Origin: Candidatus Multivoradales bacterium
Lineage (GTDB): Bacteria > Acidobacteriota > Thermoanaerobaculia > Multivoradales > JAHEKO01
Direction: 5' to 3'
Length of the DNA: 64,000 bases
NCBI GenBank assembly: GCA_965223855.1
Contig: CBDCXM010000009.1
Location: 1,696,001-1,760,000 of the forward strand
Numbering within the stretch: position 1 is the stretch's first letter; the number at the start of each line of letters is the position of its first letter. The translations under genes and the position numbers were made by a program. The notes under the pieces are model-generated. The model had not been told where the DNA came from and did not search any database. It was given only the letters and a program-made list of their open reading frames with translations. Positions 17,996-25,952 of the stretch are shown piece by piece.

Positions 17996-20342
17996 AGCGC
18001 TCGATCTGACCGCCGCGTTCGTTCTGCCGCGCCACGCACATCTGACCCCGATCGAAGAGCTTCCGGACGACCAGCGCGAGCAGGTCGGCGGCGAGCCTGG
18101 CGAGTCGGCCCTGACCCTCGCCTTCGGGCGGGCGGGCTCGAAGGTCGTGGACGGACCGACCGCAGAGCTGCTGACCCTGTTTCGAGAGCCGAGGACGATC
18201 GTCGAAGCGGTGATCGAGTTCGCGTCGGCCGAAGGTCTCGATCCCGAGGAGACCCTCGAGGCGGCCTACCCGGTGCTGTCGCGGCTTCTGGCGGCAGGCT
18301 ATCTGGTTCCGGCGGACTCGCCGGCCGCCGATCCGCCGCAACCGCGTTTCTCCCAGGGGGACCGTGTCGGGTCGTGGGAGGTCCGACGATGCATCCGGAT
18401 GATGCTCGATACGGAGATCTATCTCGCGCGCGGCGAAGAGGGTCGGGCAGCGATCAAGGTCGCGAGGGAGGCCGACCGATCTCACCTCGAGAGACGGTTC
18501 GACCGCGAGCGGCGGATCTACGAACTCCTCGATGGACTCGAAGTGGTGCCGAGGTTCCTGGGTAGCGGCGAGGTCGAAGGCAGGCCGTACCTCGTTCTGG
18601 AGTGGTGCGCCGGCCACCCCTCCAACTCGCCTCACGTCCGGTGGGGAGCGACTCGCCAGGCGCATCTCGAGTTCGCGGCTCGGACGCTCGAGGCCTATCG
18701 GCGCCTTCACGAACGCGGCGTGCTGCATGGTGACGTCCACGCCGAGAACCTGATGATCGCGTCCGACGGCGAGGTCCGGCTGATCGACTTCGGTGCCGCG
18801 AAGGTGCTGGACGCCTCCGACGAGCTCGGGCGGGCTCCGAGAATGGGAGTCGCCTACTACTACGAACCGGAGTACGCGGCCGCACTCGCCGCCGGTCGAC
18901 GCGGCCCGCCGGTCACCCTCGAAAGCGAGCAATATCGCATCGCGGCCGTTCTCTACAGCCTCCTGACGGACGCCCACTACCTGGACTTCAGGCTCGAACA
19001 GAGCGAGATGCTCGAGGCGATTCAGACAGACCCGCCGCTGCCGTTCACCCATCACGGTGTAGCGGGTCAGGAGGCTGTCGAGCGTGTCCTGGCGAGAGCG
19101 CTCGAGAAGAGCCCGGAACGGCGGTTCCCCTCCACTTCCGACTTCTGCGAGGCGTTCGCCGAAGCGCTGGACGAAACCCCTGCCGCTCCGGGCCTTTCGG
19201 CCGGACTCCTCGATCAGGCGGAGGGCGTCGTCGCCGAGCTGCTGGAGAACGCGGCCCCGGACGGGGTCTGGGTGCGGAAGGGGCTCGCCGCCGCTCCCCG
19301 CGCCTCGATCAACACGGGAGCTGCGGGCGTCGCGGTCGCGCTCGCCCGGATCGCCGAGATCCGCGATGATCCGGTGGCGCTGGCGACGGCCGACGTCTGG
19401 GTGGCGCGAGCGTTGAGCGATCTGGGCGACCACGAGGCGTTCTTCGGGCCCGACGGCGAGCTGCGCGAAGACATCGTCGAGGAGGTCTCGCTGTTCCACT
19501 ACGAGCCCGGGCTTCATGTCGCCGACGCAATCGTTGCGCAGCTGCTCGGAGATCGGCAGCGAGCCTCGGTGGCCGCTCGTCGCTTCATCCGCTCCTGCTC
19601 GCGCGAGTGGGAGAACCCCGATCTGACGCTCGGTCGGACGGGTGCCCTCATCGGATCCGCCATTCTCGTCGACAGACTCGGCGCCGATGAGTCCCTCCTC
19701 TCCTTTGGCGCCGAAGTCGAGTCGAGCGTCTGGGACTCGCTTCGGCACAAGTCGCCGATCGCCGGGCCCGAAAGCTCGTTCAACCTCGGCCTGGCTCACG
19801 GCTGGGCGGGGGTTCTCTTCGCCTCGATGCAGTGGAGTCGCGTCTCCGGGCTGCCGCTTCGCGACGAAGTGGAAGAGCGCCTCGACCAGCTCGCCGCACT
19901 GGCACAACCTCACGGCCGTGGAGTGCGCTGGCCGTGGTACCTCAAGGGGGAGAACCGAGAGCCTGTCTACATGCCGGGCTGGTGCAGCGGTGCGACCGGC
20001 CACGCGTTGCTGTGGGCGGAGGCGGCGCGGTCGTTCGACCGCGACGCCTATCTCGGACTGGCGAGCGGGTCGGCCTGGTCGGCGTGGAGAACTCCGTTCG
20101 GCTCCGATCACCTGTGCTGCGGTGCTGCGGGTGGCGCCTTCGCGATGCTGCGGCTTCATGGAACGACCCTCGAGCCGGATTGGAAGGTCCGGGCGCAGCG
20201 TCTCTTCCAGAAGTCCCTCGTACCTCCGGCGGAAGAGGCGAACTCGCCCGCCAGCCTCTATCGGGGGCGAACGGGAATCGCCCTGCTTGCCGCCGAACTC
20301 GAGGGGGACGCAGCGGCGCGGATGCCGATGCTCGAAGTCTGA
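17988..20342 (+). CDS. Ser/Thr kinase-LanC cyclase fusion (lanthionine synthetase lacking an internal lyase domain)
   Basis: Kinase: AAIK, HGDVHAEN, LIDFG, YYEPE. LanC: GxxG repeats, NLGLAHGWAG, GWCSGATG, HLCCGAAG, LYRGRTG. Confidence 0.9.
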   Translation: MTEALDLTAAFVLPRHAHLTPIEELPDDQREQVGGEPGESALTLAFGRAGSKVVDGPTAELLTLFREPRTIVEAVIEFASAEGLDPEETLEAAYPVLSRLLAAGYLVPADSPAADPPQPRFSQGDRVGSWEVRRCIRMMLDTEIYLARGEEGRAAIKVAREADRSHLERRFDRERRIYELLDGLEVVPRFLGSGEVEGRPYLVLEWCAGHPSNSPHVRWGATRQAHLEFAARTLEAYRRLHERGVLHGDVHAENLMIASDGEVRLIDFGAAKVLDASDELGRAPRMGVAYYYEPEYAAALAAGRRGPPVTLESEQYRIAAVLYSLLTDAHYLDFRLEQSEMLEAIQTDPPLPFTHHGVAGQEAVERVLARALEKSPERRFPSTSDFCEAFAEALDETPAAPGLSAGLLDQAEGVVAELLENAAPDGVWVRKGLAAAPRASINTGAAGVAVALARIAEIRDDPVALATADVWVARALSDLGDHEAFFGPDGELREDIVEEVSLFHYEPGLHVADAIVAQLLGDRQRASVAARRFIRSCSREWENPDLTLGRTGALIGSAILVDRLGADESLLSFGAEVESSVWDSLRHKSPIAGPESSFNLGLAHGWAGVLFASMQWSRVSGLPLRDEVEERLDQLAALAQPHGRGVRWPWYLKGENREPVYMPGWCSGATGHALLWAEAARSFDRDAYLGLASGSAWSAWRTPFGSDHLCCGAAGGAFAMLRLHGTTLEPDWKVRAQRLFQKSLVPPAEEANSPASLYRGRTGIALLAAELEGDAAARMPMLEV

Positions 20343-20365
20343 CCGGTCGCGGCGTCCGGTGGCGG

Positions 20366-22735
20366 TCAGGCCCGCTCGGGTACCCAGGCCAGCCCCACGA
20401 GGTGCACTTCGACGTCCGCACGTCGGGGCCGCAGCTCTTCGGTCGTCAGCTCCTGGTGCATCGGGTCGAGGCTCTCGCGCAGGGCGTCGATCTCGCGTTG
20501 CGCCTCGGCGTCGAGCTCCTGGATCTCCGCCTGAATCGCTTCGATGTCCTCTTCGGCGCGATCGACGTCCTGCGAGTCACGCCAGGAGCGGGTGGCGCTG
20601 CGCATCGCGGTACCGGCGTTGCGGCGCACGCTGCGGCCGAGCACGGCACCGAGCAAGGTGGTGCCGATGTTGACGACGGTGTCGAGCTTCACCTGCCGGG
20701 CCTGCTGCTCTTCCTTCTCGCGGCGTTGCTCGGCTTTCCTGAGGCGCTCTTCGAGCTTCTCGATCTGGCCGGCATACTTGTCGCGCAGAGCGTCGAGCCT
20801 GGCGTCGCGCTCCTCGCGGGTGGCGTGCTGCAGTCGAACGCGGAAGTCGCGCTCGCTCTCGCCCGGCTCGGCCACCAGCCCGAACGCTTCGCTCTCCATC
20901 AGCTCGAGCTTGCGGTTGCGGTAGAGCCACTCTGAGAAGTCCTTCGTCCACGCGCTCCACGACTTCGACTGCGCCGCTTCGGACGGTACCGAGGCGAACT
21001 GGGCATCGGCGACCGGCACCTCCTCGAGACGCGAGGCGGGGACGGCGCTCATCTCGACCCGTTCCCAGTCGACCGGTACCGTGCCGTCGGTCAGCGGCGC
21101 GAGCACGGTGAGCTCCTCGGAGGTGTCGATGTCGTGCTTGCGATCGACGAAGTGCACCGTCGCCGCTCCGACGAGCCGGGGTTCGTAGCGCACCGCCGCG
21201 CCAACGGGAAGATCGCGGGCGGGCAGGAAGTACTGCTCGATGTCGGGATCGAGCACCGGTCTAGCGGAGGCGGCCTTCACCGGCGTGGCGGCTGGAGCTT
21301 CGTCGCGCTCACCGCCGGCGGGCCGCCGCCCGTCCATCAACCTTCGGATCTGATCGCGGGTCATCGGCCCGCGCAGGTAGGAGAGTACCCAGCGGGTCTC
21401 GAACACCACCGGGCCGTCGTCATGAACGTTGTGGAGCAGGAACTTGCGCTTGCCGAGACCGGCGAGGGTCTCCTCCATCTCGCCGCGATCGAAGCGCCCG
21501 GCGGCACCGGCGGAGGCTCCCTCGAGACCGTCGAGCACGCGGTTCTTGTCGCGAGCCGTCTGCAGGCGGCCGATGAACCACGAGCCGGTGTTCGAGAGCC
21601 CCTTGTAGTCGAGGTCGACCGGGTTCTGGGTCGCCAGCACGACGCCGACGCCGTGCGCCCTTGCCTGTTTGAGGAGCGTCAGCAGCGGGCGCTTCGAGGG
21701 TGGATTGGCGACCGGCGGCATGTAGCCGAAGATCTCGTCCATGTAGACGAGGGCGCGCAGGCTGCTGGTGCCCGGCTGCGACCGGGTCCAACCGAGGACC
21801 TGGTTGAGCAGGAGCGAGACGAAGAACATCCGCTCCGAGTCGTCGAGGTGAGCGATCGAGAAGATCGCCACTCGCGGTTTGCCGGTGTCGGTGTAGAGGA
21901 GGCTCTGGACGTCGAGCGACTCCCCCTCCATCCAGGCTGAGAAGCCGGGAGCGGCGAGCAGGTTGTTGATCGTCATCGCCAGCTTGAACCGCTCCGAGGC
22001 AGGGTAGAAGGCGTCGAGATCGATCACACCCACCTTGTCGATCGGCGGATCCTGGAGGCTCTGGATGACCGCCGGCAGATCGAGATCGCGACCCTCGCGC
22101 CATTCGTGGTCGAGGATCGTCGACAGCAGGATGTGCTCGCGGCTCTGGAGGGCGTCCGCTTCGATGCCTACGAAGCCCAGGAGGCTCGAGACCGTCGTGC
22201 TGATGCGGTCGCCGAAGAGCTCGGCGTCTTCGATCACCTCACGCGGTGGGGCGCGGAAGGAGTCGAGGATCGACACCGGGATTCCGGCCGACGAACCGGG
22301 AGTGTAGATCGCGAAATCGGCGGCCTCGCGCAGTCGCCGGATGCGATCACCGTCCTGTCCCCATGAAGCGAGCCCCTTGCGCCACAGCTCGGCCTGGCCG
22401 GCCGCATACTCGGCTGGCGTCAACCCGTCCTTGCGGGCGTCGTCGGCGTTGATCCACGGCTCGAAGTCCTCCGGAGCGAGGTCCGGGAAGGTCAGGAGCA
22501 GGTTGCCGAGATCGCCCTTCGGGTCGATGACGATCGCCGGGACGCCGTCGATCGCCGCCTCCTCGAGCAGACCGATGCACAGCCCGGTCTTGCCGCTGCC
22601 GGTCATGCCGACGCATACCGCGTGCGTCGTCAGGTCCTTCGAGTCGTAGAGCAGCGGCACCCCGGCCGACTCGCCCGACCCGAGGTCGTGCGGCCGGCCG
22701 AGGAAGAACGCCCCCAGCTTTTCGTAGTCCTTCAA
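20366..22735 (-). CDS. HerA-like/DUF87 P-loop ATPase with C-terminal coiled coil
   Basis: HAVCVGMTGSGKT, IDPKGD, YMDEIFG, LATQNPVDLDYK; TTG start. Confidence 0.88.
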   Translation of the reverse strand: MKDYEKLGAFFLGRPHDLGSGESAGVPLLYDSKDLTTHAVCVGMTGSGKTGLCIGLLEEAAIDGVPAIVIDPKGDLGNLLLTFPDLAPEDFEPWINADDARKDGLTPAEYAAGQAELWRKGLASWGQDGDRIRRLREAADFAIYTPGSSAGIPVSILDSFRAPPREVIEDAELFGDRISTTVSSLLGFVGIEADALQSREHILLSTILDHEWREGRDLDLPAVIQSLQDPPIDKVGVIDLDAFYPASERFKLAMTINNLLAAPGFSAWMEGESLDVQSLLYTDTGKPRVAIFSIAHLDDSERMFFVSLLLNQVLGWTRSQPGTSSLRALVYMDEIFGYMPPVANPPSKRPLLTLLKQARAHGVGVVLATQNPVDLDYKGLSNTGSWFIGRLQTARDKNRVLDGLEGASAGAAGRFDRGEMEETLAGLGKRKFLLHNVHDDGPVVFETRWVLSYLRGPMTRDQIRRLMDGRRPAGGERDEAPAATPVKAASARPVLDPDIEQYFLPARDLPVGAAVRYEPRLVGAATVHFVDRKHDIDTSEELTVLAPLTDGTVPVDWERVEMSAVPASRLEEVPVADAQFASVPSEAAQSKSWSAWTKDFSEWLYRNRKLELMESEAFGLVAEPGESERDFRVRLQHATREERDARLDALRDKYAGQIEKLEERLRKAEQRREKEEQQARQVKLDTVVNIGTTLLGAVLGRSVRRNAGTAMRSATRSWRDSQDVDRAEEDIEAIQAEIQELDAEAQREIDALRESLDPMHQELTTEELRPRRADVEVHLVGLAWVPERA

Positions 22736-22826
22736 TGGCTCACCCTCATGGGCTCACCTCCGGGCGTTGCCCTCCTGAAGAGGACGTTTGCGGCGGAGTG
22801 AGCGGGGAAGCGGGGACGCCTGAAGG

Positions 22827-23030
22827 TCAGTCCTTGAGGATGAAGGTGACCTTCATCACCACGCGGTACTCGGTGATGTTCTCGCCGTCGCAGACGATGT
22901 TCTGCTCCTTGACCCAGGCGCCCTGGATTCGATCGAGCGTCTGCGAAGCGCGGGCGATACCGGTGCGAACGGCATCTTCGAAGCTGGTGGGGGAGCTGGA
23001 GCTGATTTCGGTGACCTTGGCTACGGACAT
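22827..23030 (-). CDS. Dodecin family flavin-binding protein
   Basis: MSVAKVTEISSSSPTSFEDAVRTGIARASQTL...EYRVVMKVTFIL, 67 aa, AGGAG RBS. Confidence 0.92.
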   Translation of the reverse strand: MSVAKVTEISSSSPTSFEDAVRTGIARASQTLDRIQGAWVKEQNIVCDGENITEYRVVMKVTFILKD

Positions 23031-23173
23031 GGCGTCTCCTTGCAACAGTGAATCGGAAGGGAAGTCTTCGACAAAGAGCGAGAAATCTACCACGGCCCTC
23101 CGACGACTCCGTGGCGGAAATCGACGGGCTCGGCTGGGAATAGCGGGCGGCATCGGCCGTATGCGGCTGTAGG

Positions 23174-23779
23174 ATGACCGTTTCCACGCTCATGGTCGAA
23201 ACCGAGGTTCACGACGGCGAACTGGTGCGCGACGCTCGCGCCGGGGACCGCGAGGCGCAGAACGAGCTGGTGCGGCGGTACCGCAACCCGGCGTTCCGCT
23301 TCGCGCTGCAGCTCACCGGCAATCGCGAGGACGCCCACGACGTCGCTCAGGAGGCGATGGTGCGCTTCGTCGAGACCCTCGACCGCTTCGACGACGAGCG
23401 CCCGGTCCAGCCGTGGCTGTTCCGGATCGTGCGCAACAAGGCGTTCGACCTCGGCAGGCGCCAGAAGGTGCGCCGGGCGGAGTCGCTCGACGACCTTCTC
23501 GAGCGTGGCATGCCGGCGCCGTCGCAGCCGACCGTCCACCCGGTCGATCGTCTCGAGCTCTTCGAGCTGAGGCGGCGGGTCTGGGAGGCGCTCGGCCGGT
23601 TGACCGAAGGGCAGCGGGAGATCCTCGTGTTGAGGGAGTATCAGGATCTTTCCTACGGGGAGATCGCGGAAGTTCTGGGAGTGCCGACCGGGACGGTGAT
23701 GTCGCGCCTGCATCGCGCGCGGACCGCCCTGCGCAAACAGCTCACGGCCGCTCCCGACAGTTCGAGGGCAGCACAATGA
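23174..23779 (+). CDS. ECF sigma-70 factor
   Basis: DAHDVAQEAMV, WLFRIVRN, LSYGEIAEVLGVPTGTVMSRLHRAR. Confidence 0.95.
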   Translation: MTVSTLMVETEVHDGELVRDARAGDREAQNELVRRYRNPAFRFALQLTGNREDAHDVAQEAMVRFVETLDRFDDERPVQPWLFRIVRNKAFDLGRRQKVRRAESLDDLLERGMPAPSQPTVHPVDRLELFELRRRVWEALGRLTEGQREILVLREYQDLSYGEIAEVLGVPTGTVMSRLHRARTALRKQLTAAPDSSRAAQ

Positions 23780-24216
23780 CGAAGCATGCAAGCGGGTTCG
23801 ACGAAGTACTCCTCTCCGGCTATCTGGACGGGGAGCTGACACAGGGCGAAGAGCAGCGGGTACGTCTGCGACTGGAGGAGGACGCCGAGGCGCGTTCGCT
23901 CCTCGGAGAGCTCGAACAGATCAGGGCGGCGGCTCGATCGACCGAGCTGCCGGCGCCGAGCGACGCGCAGTGGGACGAGGCGCCGCGCGACGCGGCGAGC
24001 CGCTGGATGCGGCGCACCGGCTGGACGGCAGTCCTCCTGATCGTCGCGGTGCTCGCCGGCCTCGCCGGCTGGGCGTGGTGGACGGCGCCGGAGAGTCCGG
24101 GGATGAAGCTGCTGGCGGCCGGTATCGTTGCCGGACCGCTGCTGCTGCTCGGTTCGGTGTGGCGGGATCGAGTGCGGGTCGGCCGTACCGATCGCTACAG
24201 GAGGGTCAAGAAGTGA
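23776..24216 (+). CDS. Membrane-bound anti-sigma factor
   Basis: LLSGYLDGELT N-terminal anti-sigma domain, two TM helices, coupled to the sigma gene (ATGA). Confidence 0.82.
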   Translation: MTKHASGFDEVLLSGYLDGELTQGEEQRVRLRLEEDAEARSLLGELEQIRAAARSTELPAPSDAQWDEAPRDAASRWMRRTGWTAVLLIVAVLAGLAGWAWWTAPESPGMKLLAAGIVAGPLLLLGSVWRDRVRVGRTDRYRRVKK

Positions 24217-24533
24217 TCGTGACGACGACGGATGAGGTGGCGGGAAGAAGGATCGCCCGGACGCTGGGGCTGGTGCGCGGCAATACGATCCGTGCCCGCC
24301 ATGTCGGCAAGGACATCACGGCTGTCTTCCGCAACGTGGTCGGCGGCGAGATCAGCGAGTACACGAAGCTCTTTGCCGAGTCCCGGGAGCAGGCGCTCGA
24401 CCGGATGGTCGAGGAGGCGCGCGAGTTGGGCGCCAACGCGGTGGTCGCGGTCCGCTTCACCACGTCGGAGGTGATGAAGGCGGCGGCCGAACTGCTCGTC
24501 TACGGCACCGCCGTCGAGCTGGTCGACGACTAG
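24213..24533 (+). CDS. YbjQ/UPF0145 family protein
   Basis: TTTDEVAGRRIARTLGLVRG...VVGGEISEYTKL...LGANAVVAVRF...YGTAV. Confidence 0.92.
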   Translation: MIVTTTDEVAGRRIARTLGLVRGNTIRARHVGKDITAVFRNVVGGEISEYTKLFAESREQALDRMVEEARELGANAVVAVRFTTSEVMKAAAELLVYGTAVELVDD

Positions 24534-25798
24534 TCGTCGTCGGTCGTATCCGGCTGAGGTGCCGCAGCCGCGGCCGGTTCCGAGCCTCGAACCGGGCTTT
24601 CACGGATCGAATACAGCAACCAGCGCGCATCCCACGGACCGACCGAGATCGGATGGCGCTGGTCGGCGCGGAGGCCGAGGTGGCGCGACCACTCCGGCGA
24701 GCCGCTGAGGACGCCGGCCCTGGCCCCCGGACAGCGTCTGAGGAACGTCCCCAGCGCGCGCCACGCCGCTTCCGGGCCCTCTCCGTCGGCGACGTCGCCC
24801 TCGCCGAGCCGCCCACCCCAGGGAGGGTTGGCGGCGACGAAGTCGATCGGGCCGGGAGGCTCGGCATCGGCCGCATCGGCGACCTTGAAGCGGACGAGCC
24901 GATCGACCCCCGCCTGTCGCGCCGCCTGACGGGCGATGCCGACGGCGCCGGGGTGGACATCGCTGCCTGCCAGGAGCGGTGCCGCTTCCCGGATCCGGAA
25001 GCGGTCCGCGGCCTCCTCTCGAAGCTGTGCCCAGAGCTTTGTCGCAGCGCCGGGGAACCTCTCCGCCGCGAAACTGCGCCCGAGCCCGGGAGCCCGGTCG
25101 GCGAGCCGGGTCGCGGCTTCGAGCACGAACGTGCCGGAGCCGCACATCGGGTCGACGAGCGTCGCCTCGGGCGCCCACCCGAGGAGCTCGAGCAGGCCGG
25201 CGGCGGTCGTCTCCGGGAGCGGGCTCCTGACCTGAACCGGCCGGTAGCCCCGCCGGTGCAGGCTGCTGCCGGCGAGATCGCGGAACAGATGGGCGTCGTG
25301 GTCGCGCACGATCAGCCGGATCGGCACGTCGGGATCGTCCCGGTCGACGTCGGGGCGCGAACCGAGGCGGTCGCGGATGCGATCGACGATCGCGTCCTTG
25401 ACCCGCAGCGCAGCGAAGTTGCGGTCCTTGAGTCGCGAGCGCGACAGTGTCGCCGCGACGGCGAAGGTGTGGCTGCGGCCGACGAGCTCCTCCCAGCGCG
25501 GCGTGGAGGCGAGCTCGTAGAGGGTGTCGGGGTCGTGCACCCGGCCGGTCAGGACCGGCTCGAGCACCCGGACGGCGGTGCGCGACCACAGGAGCGTGCG
25601 GGCCGCCAGAGCTGCGTCGGCGGCGAACAGCGCACCACCCGGTACGACCGTCACGCTCCGCGAGCCCAACGCGCGCAGCTCTTCGGCGAGCACCGCCTCG
25701 AGTCCGCGGGCGCACTGCGCCAGATGACGCAGACGCGACGGGGCGCGGCGCCTTCCCTTCGGTTTGCGCTGCCCCTTCCGATGCGGGCCTCGGGCCAT
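24530..25798 (-). CDS. THUMP-domain RNA methyltransferase (RlmL-like)
   Basis: GLEAVLAEEL, SLHRRGYR, DPMCGSGT and NPPWG motifs. Confidence 0.9.
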   Translation of the reverse strand: MARGPHRKGQRKPKGRRRAPSRLRHLAQCARGLEAVLAEELRALGSRSVTVVPGGALFAADAALAARTLLWSRTAVRVLEPVLTGRVHDPDTLYELASTPRWEELVGRSHTFAVAATLSRSRLKDRNFAALRVKDAIVDRIRDRLGSRPDVDRDDPDVPIRLIVRDHDAHLFRDLAGSSLHRRGYRPVQVRSPLPETTAAGLLELLGWAPEATLVDPMCGSGTFVLEAATRLADRAPGLGRSFAAERFPGAATKLWAQLREEAADRFRIREAAPLLAGSDVHPGAVGIARQAARQAGVDRLVRFKVADAADAEPPGPIDFVAANPPWGGRLGEGDVADGEGPEAAWRALGTFLRRCPGARAGVLSGSPEWSRHLGLRADQRHPISVGPWDARWLLYSIRESPVRGSEPAAAAAPQPDTTDDD

Positions 25799-25952
25799 GC
25801 GGGAACCCTATCGCGGCGCCACGGGTCTACTCCTCGGGCGGGCGAGGTTCGCCGCCAGGCCTCGAGTCGCCGGCCGCGGGAACTTCGAGCCCGCTGCGCC
25901 CGTTGTAGCGGTTGCCGATGCCGGGAAACCGTGCCGCGCGAAGCGGCCCGTT

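Noticed and set aside
20366-22735. HerA-like ATPase as an anti-phage system or part of the RiPP locus
   Set aside because: It is convergent to the RiPP genes, has no nuclease/Sir2 partner nearby, and resembles a widespread stand-alone family.
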